Shown: positions 24,450 to 38,543, counted from the first letter of the stretch. The stretch is 64,000 nt of DNA from Pelomyxa schiedti (GCA_020536535.1 JAHLWZ010000187.1:186001-250000); one strand, 5' to 3'. Notes: a model not told the origin generated them from the sequence alone. Made by a program: numbers and translations.

Positions 24450-25349
24450 ATGCAAAGGACACTCGTGCTTCTCAAGTCGGACGCCGTCGTGAGGAAACAA
24501 GCAGGAGTCGAGGCCGTGCGGCGCCTCCTCTCGATGTGCGCCCCCCCCGCGACGCCGGCGGGCCCGACGGCGCCCACGGCCGCGGCCGCGGACGCGTGCC
24601 GCTTCGCTTGCTTCGCCGAGGTCGCGCACGTGCCGAGGGAGCTGGCGTGCCTGCACTACTACGAGCACGTCGCCCGGGGGTTCTACAGCTTCATCGTGGA
24701 GTACCTCGCGAGCCCCTACGGCGTCGTGGTGATGGTGCTCGAGGGCAACAACGTGGTCCAGAGGGTCAGGGACATGCTGGGGCCTACTTTCGTCGACAAG
24801 GCAATGCTGGAGGAAGGTGTGTTTCTTTGGAAAATTATCAATCAATGCTTGTGTAGTGTTGGGCTTTTTATTTGGTTTTGCTATGTATACGAGATACGCG
24901 TGTGCGCGCGTATATGTTTTCAGTATTTTAGTAACACAGCCATTTAATAACGAGATATGAATTTGTATCTTGGGATTCAATGTGCTCCCCTCACTAAACG
25001 ATTGATAGGATGCCTTCGCGGACAGCATGGTGTTATGGCCGGAATGAATTTGTGCCATGCATCTGACTCCCCAGCAAGTGGCGAGCGCGAGTGCTCATTG
25101 TGGCTTTCCGCACTGAGCCTGCAGTGCGATGTGGCCAATGCCGGCAAGCTTGCCGAGGCCTACGTTGCCAAGTGGGACGGGAAGCTCCCGATTATGTCGG
25201 CACAGTTCCATGAGGTGTGTGCTCCAATGCTTGACCAGGTGAGGAAGATGCGCGAGCTGTTCAAGGCTGAGGGTGGTGATGCCATCTCTGATGATGACGC
25301 TAAGGCCATGGTGAGGCTGGCTCTCTTGGCCCTAGTCAACAGGATGTGA
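24450..25349 (+). CDS. Nucleoside diphosphate kinase with Ala/Pro insert and ~70-aa C-terminal extension
   Basis: MQRTLVLLKSDAV, VVMVLEG, GCLRGQHG, NLCHASDS (catalytic His), EREC.LW; one intron. Confidence 0.88.
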
Positions 25350-25550
25350 CCTGAGAATTAAGAAGTAATTAGACATAGAAAAATGCTTGACTTTATTCCC
25401 CAATTACAATGGCCACCTTTTACATTTGGTTCCTTTTTGGAGCCAAAAAGGGAAAACAGATACAACAGAAAACGGTATTTTGGTGTTTCCTCATAAAATA
25501 ATTTTGTTAGGTTTTCCGTCACTTTTGTTTGTACAAATGGAATGAGTGAC

Positions 25551-28500
25551 CTAGTCCTCCTCCCTCTTGCTGCTTGTGGACTCATGGTGCCGGTGTTTGT
25601 GGCTCGAGGAGTGTTTGGTTTCTTTGCTTTTTGTGTGTGAGTGAGAGTGGTTGTCCGGATCTTCTTCCAGAACTTCTTTGTTGTCTGTGGTGATGCCCAC
25701 TGAAGGATTTTCAGGAGGCGGCTCCTCTAGAAGTTCTTCAGGCGGTTCGATTTTGGGGGTTTGTGCTTGCTGCAGTGGTGATGTTCTGTTCGAGCGGCGT
25801 TTCGGGTGGTGCGTGTGGTGCTGCTTTTGGCCGCGGGACAGAGTAAGATTCATTTCGGAAACTGACTTCCTCAACTGTGCTGGTACAATGACTTCGGACC
25901 GTGAGTGGTGGTGATGCTTCTTGTGGTGGTGTGGCTGCTTGAGGGTGCCTGAATCATCGCGGTTGCTGTCGTTCTCGGTGCTCAATGGTTGGTCGTCCTT
26001 GCTATTTTCTGCTTGGTCATCTTTGATACTTTCTGCTTGGTCGTCTGGTACTCCCATCTCTTTTTCGATTATGCTGAAGTTACTCTTTGGTCTTTCTTCT
26101 TGAGCCCGGGGTAAGGGCTCTTCTTTCTCGTCATGTGGGAGAGGAGAGTCTCTACTTAAGTCATTACTGTGGGTTTCCACCAATAAATCGCCTCCAGGGT
26201 GATTGTCATCAAATGGGGGAGGCCCTATATAATCGTCTGGGGGAGGCCCAATGAAATCTGAAGGCGGGCCAATTGAATCCAATTCGTCAATGGCACTAGG
26301 GTTCCTTAAATTGACAAAGGAATGAAAGCGATAATGGGATTCGAGTTCAGAGACGAAGGGAGAACCAGTGGACGATCTGTATTCCCCCACATCGCTCAAA
26401 TTTCCGGGAGTTTGACGGTGTACATCCTGTGGCGTATCATCAGAAGAACTGTCATAGTCGTCATCGGAATTAATCTCATGTGCAGGAACATTGTGTCGGA
26501 TTGGAAGCTTGTCACTTGTGGTGCTGGAGAGATCAAGAGTAAGTGGGCCTGAGGTATTAAGCGTTGAACTTCGTATAACTGTGGGAGCAAAATAAACCGT
26601 GGCTGGGGTAAACTCCACTGGATTGGGGGATTTAATATCTTGAGGTAGTGATGCGGTTGGTGTGGTTGTGCCTGTAGCTGTGGCTGTGGTAGTTGGAGGA
26701 TGAAAGCGATTGGTTGGACGGGTATGCCTGTATATTGGAAAAGAATGCAGAATCGTTTGCTTTGTGGGAAGTGCAGATGCTGTTGGGGGTGGTACACTTC
26801 CGAGCGTTGGTGAAGTTGCTTCAACTTCAGGGAGTGATGTTGGGGGAGGGATTGGTGCCGTAACCGATTTGGATACGGCGGAAAGGATTTCTGCTATTGG
26901 AGGTGCTGCAACAAGGGCGGAGCTGTGTGACGAAGGAGATGAGGATGGAGATGGGTGTTTATTCACCATGGAGTAGTATTTTTGTTCCAGTCCAACTATG
27001 GAGGAATGCTCGGGCTCTCTTTTAGGCAATACATGGCTTAACATGCGCTTCCGTAATAAACGAATGGCTTCTACGCGTACGTTACATGTGCACATAAGGA
27101 ATGCAGCCATACCACAAAAACACTCCGTTGTATTGACATTACTTTTGGCAGAGCATTCAAGATACTGAGCATGATGAGAACGGGAAATATTGAGCCCTTG
27201 AATACTTTGCTTGTGGGGCATATCAATCTTATTACAAACAATCAAAACTAGTATAATATTAGATTACACTGGAAACCCAGATTACATACTTGGCACACCA
27301 TCAGTGCGCATGATTCTTATAGTTTTTACAATTTGTGGTACAGTATCAAATGAAGAAGCATTATCAACTGCATAAACTACAATTACAACATGTGCAGAAG
27401 CGAGTCGCTCAGCTGCTACAGCATCAAACTAAGTAAGATTTTTTAGGGGGGGAAAAAAAAAGGTACTATGAAGACCTTATCAAACTCGTTTATAACGAGG
27501 GAGCATTCAATTCCATCAACGTTCAATTTCCTCTGGGAAACGTAAAAAAATTGAAACTGTGTTGTATGATAACCTTCAATGGGAAAAAGAACCCGTCATC
27601 CAATTGGAATGCCTATAGAAGGGAATAATGTAATTGAGACAATCTGTTAGAGTTACCTTCTGAATGAGATATGTCTTTCCAGAGGACATAACTCCACAAA
27701 CTACAATGTTTGCAACTACAAGTGTTGGAGATTGCATAAAACTCCTAGATATACCTCGAATAGAAGAGTATCTCCCTAAAGCTGGTGCTCTTGGCATATC
27801 TACATCAGTTCCACAGTCAACAACATGTTGGGGAAGTGATGGCGCTTCAAAAGGAGCCCACTGCCCAGTAGGAAGTGCCATCCACCTTGGAGTACCATGG
27901 TCATGTATTTTAGGGGACCACCAATCCTTTGTTAGAAAGAGTTGAATTGTCTCAGGCCTGTAATGTATAAGAATGATATAGAGTGAAAAGTTGAGAGGGA
28001 TTACATTAATAAATTCAATTTTCCTTCAGACACAAATTCAATCCTTGCTGGATATGCAAAGTTCTTTTTTAAATCGTTTGGCACGAATTTCGCCTCACTG
28101 GATTCAGATAATTTACTCTTCACTAGGGAAGGATGCGAGTCAATTACAGCATTGATAGGCATTATTTACATGGATGTAATACGGAACTGGATAATACAGG
28201 AGGATTGGGTGCTGATATAGTCAGAGGATTTATGTGTGGCTTTGGTTTCTCCACAAAAGACTTCATGGAGAAGATTTTCAATTCAGGTAAAGAGTCCTGT
28301 TTTTTTGGTCTGCCAAATGGATTTGCCTCTACAGGGTATTTCTTCCCTTTTCTTTGGAATTCTCTGTAGGAGACTTTACAAACACGTCAGCCAAAAGGTG
28401 TCAAAGAAAAAAACGTACCTGATAAAAGAAGGTCAGCCATTTGAGAGGGTGCATACAGTGGTACAAACCATGAGTGAGTCCTGCAGGAAGTTATCAAATG

Positions 28501-30804
28501 GGTGCCACAGAAACACTATTGGAGGGTGTGAAACCTTCTTGCCATTTCACTGAAAAATAACTTTGCATCAGGGGCTTCACTTGATTGAACGTGAGCAGCA
28601 TAAATTTTTACTCTCCACGACCGAAGGATGTGGAGTTCTTTTTGCCACGATATTTGTTGTGTTGTATATGAAGGTGGATGTGGATGAGAATCACCCACAA
28701 CAATCAGAATTTTCTTAGCTGAATCTGAGGACATGTGAATAAGAAAAAAATTAGTCCTGATTACTTCTCCATGAAAGTTTTGTGGCTTCCCGTAACATCA
28801 ACTCATAACTGTGAGATTGAGAAGGGTACAAAAGGAGAAAACTCATACGCTTCAGAGATATCACCACCAGAGGTTGGCTCAACAGAGTGCAGAAAGGCAC
28901 TCATTGATGGCACACTTTGCCCAAAGTCGTGTGTTTTCACAACATACAGCTTGTAATCACCTGGTACAAAGTAAGTGCCTAGGTGACTCTGTATGGAATT
29001 GGAAAGGAATACAATAATCTCCATGAACAAGCAGAGCAATTCTATGTTGAGGGTGAGTGCATTCAGTAAAAGTGGCTCACATACCTTAAACATGGAATAT
29101 CATTGAGCAAACGTGTAGCAACTCCTTCAAAACAAACTCGCAACGCTTTCCAGTAAGACAGCATGGATTCTGAATTATTTCAGAGAAGAAAAGGATGAAG
29201 TTGGGGGAAAACCAGTAGTATCAATACTTATTGCGAGGTCTATTTGAGTTGTATCTTTTTTTTCTCTTTTTGGACCTCTCCTGTTACAAAATTAATCCGT
29301 GAAAAAAAAACAAAATGATCAACCAAGCAAAGTTCCGCATATCACTCTCACTGTTGGAACCACTATCCTCACTGGAGGTATCCTCACAGCTCGATTTATC
29401 ACTTTGGCTATCGCTGCTACTGGCAGGACTCTCAGCTTCACTTTCGCTGCTAGAGGCAAGGAGAGGTATCTTGTTTTTTACCTTGTGGCTTGTGCTCTTG
29501 GATTTGTGAAGGCTAACAACAGGTAGGGTTGTTGTGGAATTGGAAGATCGAGACCTTCTCCTCATTCCGAAGTATCCAGAAAAATTTCTATTAGCAGTTG
29601 ATGTAGAAGCAGTGGTACTCGAAGTTGCTTTTAAGTTAGCTGGTGGATTGGATAGAGGTGCACTAGCTGTTGGTGCAGACGTGGATGCGGTTGTGGTTGC
29701 AGTTGTGGTTGTAGTAGTTGTTGAGGTGGTTGTGGTGGTCGTGGTTGTGGGAACAGCCAAAGCTGGTGCAGCTTGGGTTTCAGAATCGTTGGGCTTTTCT
29801 GTAATAGGATGTACCTCATCCAGAGGATGTTCGTTGGGCTTTTCCCTTGGTTTCTCAACATCCTCTGTCCCTGCATCCTTGTGCTTACTTTTATGTCCTA
29901 GAAAAGAGTCGCGTGCCATATCCGAGTGTGATGAAGAGTGCATGTGTCTGCTGACAGAATGTCTTGTCATAGTGGAAATTTTTTCTGTTGTCTTTCCTTT
30001 TGCATCAGCTTTTGCAGCTTCAACGTCAAAGTCATCAAGCCGTTCAATGCCAACATTTTCGTCATCGTTTTTGTGGTGCTTGGGCTTCCTTAGTGATAGC
30101 CATCGCACCTTAGTCCTTTTCTTGTGAGGTTTGTCCTCGTCGCTCAGCGCCCCGCTCCCAACCTCCAGGCCCTCGCCATCGCTAACCGCAGTCTTCGGCT
30201 TCCTTCTACTCACAGCGCCAACTAGTTTGGCAGCTCTGCTCGCCACGCCGCCTCCCTGCTTCCCGCCGTCGCTGTCTCCGCCATCGCCACTCGCTGCCAT
30301 TGTGACAGGAGTGCCCAGGCTGCTAGGCGTCATCGCCTCTTTCATGCCGCCAACGCTGGCAGGGATGTACGACGTCTCGGCGGTGTCGGCCGACGAAGAG
30401 CGGGAGGCAGAGCCCAGCGAGGTGGCGCGGACCACACTGTGCAGGAACGCGAGTGGCTTCATCGTGCTCTTGCCGGCCTTGGCGGACTCGGCCTCACCGG
30501 CGCCCTCCCGAAACGAAGATTCTCGTTTCGCACCGCTCAAGCTGGCGCCGCCGACTGCAGGAGGGGCGATTATGGGTGGCGTGGCTGGAACCGACGTAGT
30601 TGTAGTAGTGGCAGATGGTACGGCGGATGAAGGCTGAGTCGAAGATGAGGTAGATGTGGAGTCGCATTGTGACGACGGCTGAGATGCAGATTCCGCAGCC
30701 GGCGCTTTCGTGTCTGCCGTTATTGTTTCGTGTGAAGTGTGCTTACGTTTGCTGTACTTGGCGCGTGGTGACGACGATGAAGATCTAGATTTGGACGGCT
30801 TCAT
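25551..30804 (-). CDS. Large protein: Ser/Thr-rich N-terminus - VWA domain - atypical Ras-like GTPase domain - Pro/Ser/His-rich tail
   Basis: Spliced DLAISIDTT|ESM (MIDAS-like), GDY, GGDISEAYE and ILIVVGDSHPHPP (VWA); GVMSSGKT (G1), NKID (G4) and ECSAK (G5). Confidence 0.72.
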
Positions 30805-31549
30805 CTCCCCCAAATCGTTTTCTTTTTCGCTATGAAAAGTTTCGTTTTTCGAAAAAAAAAACCGAACAAACGGGCCAAGAAACATCACTATGAGATTGAT
30901 TGCAAGTAATTAAGGTAGTGTGTTGGTAACAAGTGGTTGACAAAACACACTCGTAATCTTTTGTTTTGTTTCTGTGAGTGCCAGGAGATCTATCTCAGTT
31001 TGCAGTCTTGGATAACCTGTTGGATGGATCTGTGGCCAGTGGTCGTGGTTGTAGCATTGGGCCTGCCGCTGGTCGGTTTCCCGGTTTCAACAAACGAAGT
31101 AGAACCGGGGCGGTGTAAACCAGGGTGAAAGTACAAATTCCCACAACTACGAAATAGTATATATCACGATGGTGAGAATGAGGGGAGGCGTACGTAGCAT
31201 GTAGACCACTGCGAGGTATCCAGATAGACATTTAGAAGAGACTCTGAATGTTGAATAAGAACGTAAGTAAGCTTGGTTTATGAATGGGGGAAAAAAAATG
31301 CCCACGGGAACGGAAGGATGTCTAACAACCACGCCAGAAAGATGCCGGCGCCCACGAAGGCACACACAGCAGTTCGTGTTGGAATGGTACTTCCTGCCAA
31401 ACACGTCACAGGGAAAAAAAGCAGGGAGTCAGTGGCAGGTATGGTAATACTCACGTTGTATGAACTTGTTGGGGTTCGTCGGCCTCAGCCCACCGTGCAA
31501 CATGAAGAAAAAGATGGAAACTTGTGATTTCATGGGTTTTCTCACCACC

Positions 31550-31649
31550 NNNNNNNNNNNNNNNNNNNNNNNNNNNNNNNNNNNNNNNNNNNNNNNNNNN
31601 NNNNNNNNNNNNNNNNNNNNNNNNNNNNNNNNNNNNNNNNNNNNNNNNN
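31550..31649. other. Assembly gap (100 N)
   Basis: Run of exactly 100 N. Confidence 1.
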
Positions 31650-32488
31650 GAGTCGTGACCGTGAGGGCATGCATACTGTGCGACACATTCTATTTGAGAC
31701 AGAGAGGTTCACTGACCCGGGGCGACCAGAAAACATAGCATTAAACACTCGAGGAATAATACTGCCCAGGTACGAGGAAGTATTCACATTCCTTGACAAG
31801 TTATCTTGATTCGAATCCGTCAGCCACAGAGACAACAGAGCCTATTACAATTGTAGAGAGATATTAGAACAGAATGATAGGGAGAGAATACCTTTTTCTT
31901 GCTGTCAGAAGAGAAGAACTGAACTGAACTTGCTGCTGAAATTGCTCTGCCCTCAGAGAACTCCACACACCACAACCCACTGAAGCATTGTAGTTTAATA
32001 ACGTGCCAAGCAAGAACAAGGAGCTCTGACAGTGGATACGATGATGCTTCCCATGCTAAAATCACGCCATTTTTATTGGAAATCCTCAATATATTATGCC
32101 CGGCATCATCGCCCGGTTTCATCAAATTGGAGAAGTGATTTGTCTTGTGATTGTGAAGGTTAATGCTGAGAGAGCAATACATTGGTGGTTAATGCTGAGA
32201 CTATTACATTAAGGAGTTGCTGTGTTGGACTTACGTCGGTTGGCAGAGAAAGAGTTTGGCTCCTTCCAATCTCTTTTTGTGTTTGAGCTTATTTAGATCT
32301 TTAGATTTTGTGAAATTTCATTCCACCTTACAACTGTGCAGGGGAGTGACGTAAACAACGGTCCAGTTGCAAAACGAATTGTATTTTCTGTGTTAATAAG
32401 CCTGCGGTTTGGCATTTCGCTCATTTTTTCCTACATTTTGTTTCGTGTGAGATCGCAAAGCATACAATACAACAAACATCGCCTTCAC

Positions 32489-34581
32489 ATGCAAACAACA
32501 GCAATGATGCAGTGGTTGTTGAACGAGGCGGTTTTACGAGTCGCGGTTTACGTGGCGTTGAGGCTTGCTATTTACGCGGTGGCGTGGTGGGTTGTGATGG
32601 CCTCGATGTTCCTCGTTCTTGGAGCCGCAAGGTTTGTGGTCGCGGTCATTTGTTCTTTTTTCTTACGATTTTTTCCTCTATTGAACACAGTCGGTTTGGA
32701 GTCATTAAATCCATGAGGCCTACGCTTGATCTGACCGTCTTCAGAAGGAGTCACTCCGCCGTTGCGGTATTAATTACTTCCGTTTTGCTTGTTGTTTGTC
32801 TATTTCTACTAAGTAAACAACTTGGACTTCTTCTCTTTCGTCCGTGTTGTTTGGGTGTTCTTGTCTGCTCAGATAGAGCTAACAACAACCTTTTTCTAAC
32901 ACACAGGACTGGGCCATGTTTATCGAAGAGTTGACCAGGTTCACCTACTCAACGGTTCTCGCAATATCACAAATTGCAGTTGGGAGGCGAGACCGCGCCG
33001 ACTTCGAGGAGTGGCGCATGGAAATTTGGGAGACGTTGCTACAGAACGCACTCAGCCACTTGGGGCTCGCTGACGAGAACTGGCCTGGTACCTCTACTTA
33101 CGACGATGCCGATGTCTACCCTGGCTCATCATCATGGTGGTCGCCATCCTCCTGGCGATGGCTTGATCTAAAGGAGCTCTTGTGGGACGTTGGGCGCATG
33201 GTTGAGTCGCTGGTCACATGCCTCACTCTTCTTGTTCCTTGCGCTTTCTTGGTGACCTTCCTTCTGATCGTCGGCACGGGATACGTCGTTTATCTTGCTG
33301 CAATGGAGCTTGTGGATATGTACCACCTCGGACGAGCTTATATTTCGCTGCTATCATCGTGGATTTCTTATGTTTACTCCGATGTGCGGAAGTCAGCATT
33401 GGATGTACGAGCGGACGTGGGCGCTGCAATGCATTGGGCGCATGGCTGCCGCGGTTATCCAACATTTCCTTTCAGTCCTTCGACCTCTCCACAATAATCC
33501 CGATGAACAACAACAGTACCAACTGTCTCTGATCCCATTTCAACGGTCATCAACTTCTGAGGGAAGTTACTATCATCAGCAAGACCACGACCAAGACCAT
33601 CTTATACCCCCATACAATCCTGATGAACCATCTCCACCAACAACACCCGAGGGAATTCACGTGCTGCTGTTTCGGGCGGAACTCGCAATAGTTGCTTCGG
33701 TATTCGACTGGAGGAGGCGTCATGCACAGTTTTGTGAGGAATTCTCACTGCCTGCCTCTAGATTCTGGTCAAGTAGGCCCAGATCTGGTGCTCATTCCAG
33801 TGGCGTGAATTGTCGTTCTTCCTCGCCCTCATCTTCGTCCCCATCCCCATCTACATCAACACAGCTGACAACACCGGTTCCAGCTGCACCAAGGGCAATA
33901 CCAACAGCAATCAGCGCCAGCAATGCGCAACAGCTATCATCTTCAACACAGTCACCGTCAGTTGGAGTGCTGGTGGTTCCAGGAGCCTGCATAACGCCGT
34001 CGCCGGCACCCGCGCCAACCACCAGCACACCCAGCATTCAAGCCGGTGCAGTAGTTGCCCCCAAACTCTCACCCACATCATCTCTTTCGACCTCAACGGC
34101 AGGAATGCCAACAACCCCAAGACCCACAGACAAGACATCATTGGGAGCACCGGCACCAACAACACCAGCCCCAGCACTCCAACCAATTCCACCGAAATCA
34201 CCTCTGCTTCCCCCATCGGTGGCATCAACCCCAACAGCAACAACTACATCAGGAGCAGTTCGAGCGGCAATGAAACCAACAGCCCCAGTAAACAAGAGGG
34301 TTAGAAGAATAATCCACTTCGTATCACGACCAGCTCCTCAAGGGACCCCAATACAAACCACAGCTGTTCCACCCACCCTTGCACCTCGAACGAGTACGAG
34401 TTCTACACCGAATGCGTCGTTTCCTAAGCCTTTGGAAAATACAATTCCACAGACAGTACGCCAAGTCCAAAAACTGGTAATTGCCTTTAATCTCCTTTCA
34501 CTTCTTGTTGCACTAACATATTTTCAGGATAACAAACCGATCACCGAAGCCCTTGCTGCCGCCGGTGGTGGCGCCAACTGA
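32489..34581 (+). CDS. Hypothetical membrane protein with Pro/Thr/Ser-rich tail; exon structure unresolved
   Basis: Hydrophobic ORFs at 32489-32716 and 32916-33497 are followed by a 428-aa ORF overlapping in another frame; no recognisable domain. Confidence 0.35.
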
Positions 34582-35108
34582 TGATGATGATCCCCTGTTG
34601 CGGGTACCGTCCCGGTGCTCTGGAGCACTTCGGTGTGTTTGCTGTTTGGTTGGTCACACTCCTCCCCAGCCCACTCTTGTGTCAGTCGGCCGTGGGGACC
34701 CGGGGTGCGGGCATTGGGACCGAGAGCCCACTCGGTTTCTTTGCCTGCACTCTGGTGCTCCCCTGTTGCTGACTCACGGGGGTGGGCCAGTGGGCATGGG
34801 GGGGGGTTTGTGGCTTTCCCGGCAACAACACATCAGCTGTCCACTGCCATTCATGCTTGTGATGTGGCATCAGCAGTTGTTGCTGTCTCTGCTGGTTATG
34901 GACACCCTAGTGGGTTGTTCAGAGCCACTGTTAATACAAAGCAAAGCACCTTTTGTAATTTTTTTCTTAGGGCATTTAGTTCACGCCATCTGGTTTTGTG
35001 TGTTACCCAAATGGAAGAGAGTTGTGGAAGAATCGGAAAATTGTGTGCCATGAATAGGGTTTTTCTTTATCGTATGGCAACGAAGACAGTTTTTTTTTTC
35101 TGGGGGCA

Positions 35109-38100
35109 TTATGAGGTGAGGAACTTTATCAAGGACCTGTCTTGTGAGACACTCCAAACGCCAAGTCTCTCGTAGTCACTGAGAGTGGCATCAATTTGTG
35201 GCTGGAGGAACCCCTTTCTGAGCAGTAAGGGCTGCACGTCAATCAGGTGTACGATCGGGTTGGCGTCCGCGTCGTCCATCGACACGTCGATTCCGCTGTT
35301 GATTTGTGGGGGTCGGTGTTGGAGGTAGAAGGTTTTGATAGTCTCGTAAATTTCGGATTTGTTGTCAAGTGGCCTGTGCGAGAATTAAGCTAAATGGCAC
35401 TGCCGGTGAGATACATACTGGAATCGTTTTTCTTTTTCACGCTGAACTGTTGCTTTGGAAGAATTCAGAAGTCGGATGGCTTCTTCGATGTCCTCTTGGG
35501 CAACTTCTGGTGACAGTCGTAGTCGTGCCTGAAGGGCGTCGTTATCCCAAAAAGGAGTGAAAATGTCAAATTAAAGTAAAATACATGTGCCAATGCCAGC
35601 CTCATTGTCCCAAGCAAAGTTCTGGCAGAGGTGTAGTAATATACATCTTGGGAGGCGTTGCCCACTTCCCCTTGTCTCACTTCAATATACTTATTAACAA
35701 GGTAGTCGGTCAGTTCTTTGGGAATCGTGGGGGTGATTAATTTGCACATGGCAATATAAGCACTTTGCGGTGAGGAAAAAAGGATACAACCAAGAATGAG
35801 GGAGGAAAAAGGTTAGAAAAATGAAGAAGTGCTGTAATTACCAACAGTTATTTACCGCAGTGAGTCGGGTCCCACATAATGCTGTCCTGTTGGAGCACTT
35901 TTTTCCAGATGAACATGGGTAATGTGCTCGGCCAGTCTCCTGAGGGGTGTAAACTTTCGAGGCAATTTCAAAAATTACCTGTCGCTTTCTGGGTCTGGTT
36001 TATCCAAGGTAATAAAAAGTATATCAAATCTAGAAAGCAAGGCAGCCGGCATGTTGATATTGTTGGAAGGCGATTTCTTCAAGTCATATCTTCCATAAGC
36101 AGGATTTGCTGCAGCTAAGACAGACGTGCGAGCATTAAGGTTGGTTGTTATTCCAGCCTGTAAACAGTGTTTAACTCACAGGAGAGTTGATGTTGAGCAC
36201 CTTAGCGACAGACACAGTTTGTTGCTCCATAACCTCATGAATTGAAGTTCGATCTGTTTCACTCATTTTGTCAAACTAAACAGAGTGGAGGAGAAGTTAA
36301 AAAATGTTGGACTTTGTTGGGCATTACTTCATCAATACAACAGATTCCCATATCAGCCAAAACCAAAGAGCCACCCTCTTTTGGAATTCAATACATTTGC
36401 TGGTTTGAGTAGATAAGTTACCAAGTAAAAATTCGTTTGTGATAGGATCTTTCAGAACCGCAGCTGTAAGGCCCACTCCACTCGCACCCTTGCCTGTTCC
36501 CATATTAATGGATACGAGAGTCATTAAATAGTTACAAACCAGTAGTGTAAACAGCTCTTGGAGCTACATTTGCAACGTATTTCAGTAACTGACTCTTAGC
36601 AACACCAGGGTCACCAATGATGATAACGTTAAGCTCTCCTTTGTAATATTATAACTGCAGTTCTTGGGGGAAAGAAATACCCCTAATTTTCATTCCATCT
36701 GGGAGGGTACGTGTGGGTGAACCAACCATCTGTAACAAAACAGCTTTTTTAATGTCGACATGCCCATAGATACCAGGAGCAATACTTGATGCCAGTAATT
36801 CATACAATTCTGGTTTGGAGTACTCTGCGAAAAAAATATCACCCAGAGAATGAAATTGTGTAGTGTACTCTCGCTTAATGATCGAATTTCATCCTCAGTG
36901 TCAGGTGCAACAGCGATATTGGAAAAGCTTTTTTTCTGAACCTCCAGGGTTTGTGCATCAAGAAACGTATCAGCTGTCAAACTTTTTCCTCCTGCAAAAA
37001 TTTACCAAAAGAAAAGTCTGAAATCAAGGGACAAACCAGAAGTTGAAGACGGAATGGGAAGAAATATCTGGAACAACAGTCACTAACAATCGATGGATAG
37101 GAGGAAGGAAAACGCTCTCACCCCGGAAACAGTTATGATATCTCCAGGTGTGCAGAGTTGCGTCAATTCGCCTTGAAGAAGGACAGTTAAAGATCTGGGT
37201 GTCTGTCCAGTTGGTACATGTTCCATCTGATGCCAGAGAGGATTCGTTAAAAAACAAAAGTACCGTCACTCTAAACTCAACCATCTCTTGTATTTTTATT
37301 TCCTGAAATTTGGTGAACTTCGAGCCTCGTGTTTCCATAGTAAGTAATCCAGGGTGTGCATTTCCTTGGCAAGCCTTGGATGTGCATTTTGTCAAAGGAA
37401 GAAAGGAACGACCACGAATCTAGAGAAACATGAACGCCAATCAAAGGATTATTGAGCATGTGTATACCACTTGGAACACTTCCTGTTGGCACTGCTCGCA
37501 TGTATACGTTGCGACTTTTAAAAATGGTTTTACCTTAGAGACAATTAAGAAAGAAAAGGGGAAGACTGGGTACTGACTTCATTCACACGTGTAACTATGG
37601 CTTGTGTTTGTACCAGATGACCAAGTAGACCTGCTCTCAATTCACGAAGGGGAAGTGTGGGTGTTGAGCTACTCGGAATAAAATGTGCCTCACTTGTTTT
37701 GGGTTTGAAAAGATCTTGTGTAACAAGATGAACATACTATCTGCGAACTAGCTCCGAGGGGAACTGTTGTTTGACAGAAGCGTCAGCTCCTGTGGTGTCA
37801 CTTGGTCCGAGGTTGTTTTGGGCCCGTACCATCCTAACAAAGAAAATGAATTACCCACAAGAGATGTAGACTCTACCTATGGGCTGTCAAAACATCGTGC
37901 ACATCTTTTCTGGCTTTTGGAACAGGTAGATTTAACTCCAGTAGAATGTTGTCAAGAACCTCCTGGCACAAATGGAGGTATCTTTGTGTGTTGGATGCTA
38001 TCTTTTCAGACAGTGTGTTATTGTCTGTATGCTAATAGGAAGAAAAACTGTAAGTAAAGATTGCAGATCAGAAAAAATTACAATAGAAATCTCATCAAGG

Positions 38101-38543
38101 GGTATGCCAATAGAAATTCTCTCTCTTTCAGCCAGTTCTTTCTTAAGATGATGTTAATTTGGAAAAAGAGCTAGAGATCATGCACTTCATACCACCATTT
38201 CCTTGAACTTAGGTACTTCAGTAAAAAATCTCCTCAGCTGATCTGGGAAAAACCTCGTTACCTTTTGTTGCGCATAGTATCCTACGCAGTAATAAAATGA
38301 AATGCAAGCGCGCAAACCTTTGTCCGCGTCGTAGCTCATCTCCACGCCTCTGCCGACATCCCCGCCAGCGCCTCTGCCTCGCCCCATTCCCCTACCTCTT
38401 CCTCGCGGCGCCCCAAATGCGCCCATTCCACCCGCGAAACGCGACCTCCCAAATGGGGTCGACGGAGCGCCAATGCTAGATCCCCCTTTAGAAAAAGCAC
38501 CGCGCGATATGGTCCAGGGGTTGGAGGTACCGCCCCCACTCAT
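35109..38543 (-). CDS. MCM7: DNA replication licensing factor MCM7 with N-terminal RGG-rich extension
   Basis: Walker [45 protein letters not shown], and winged-helix end [10 protein letters not shown]. Confidence 0.92.

Noticed and set aside
30900-32330. Short ORFs flanking the assembly gap
   Set aside because: No recognisable motifs or consistent splicing; ORFs spanning the Ns are artefacts.
34580-35100. Cys/Gly-rich ORFs downstream of the 428-aa ORF
   Set aside because: The frames are interrupted and no family could be recognised; possibly a decayed gene fragment, but this is unsupported.
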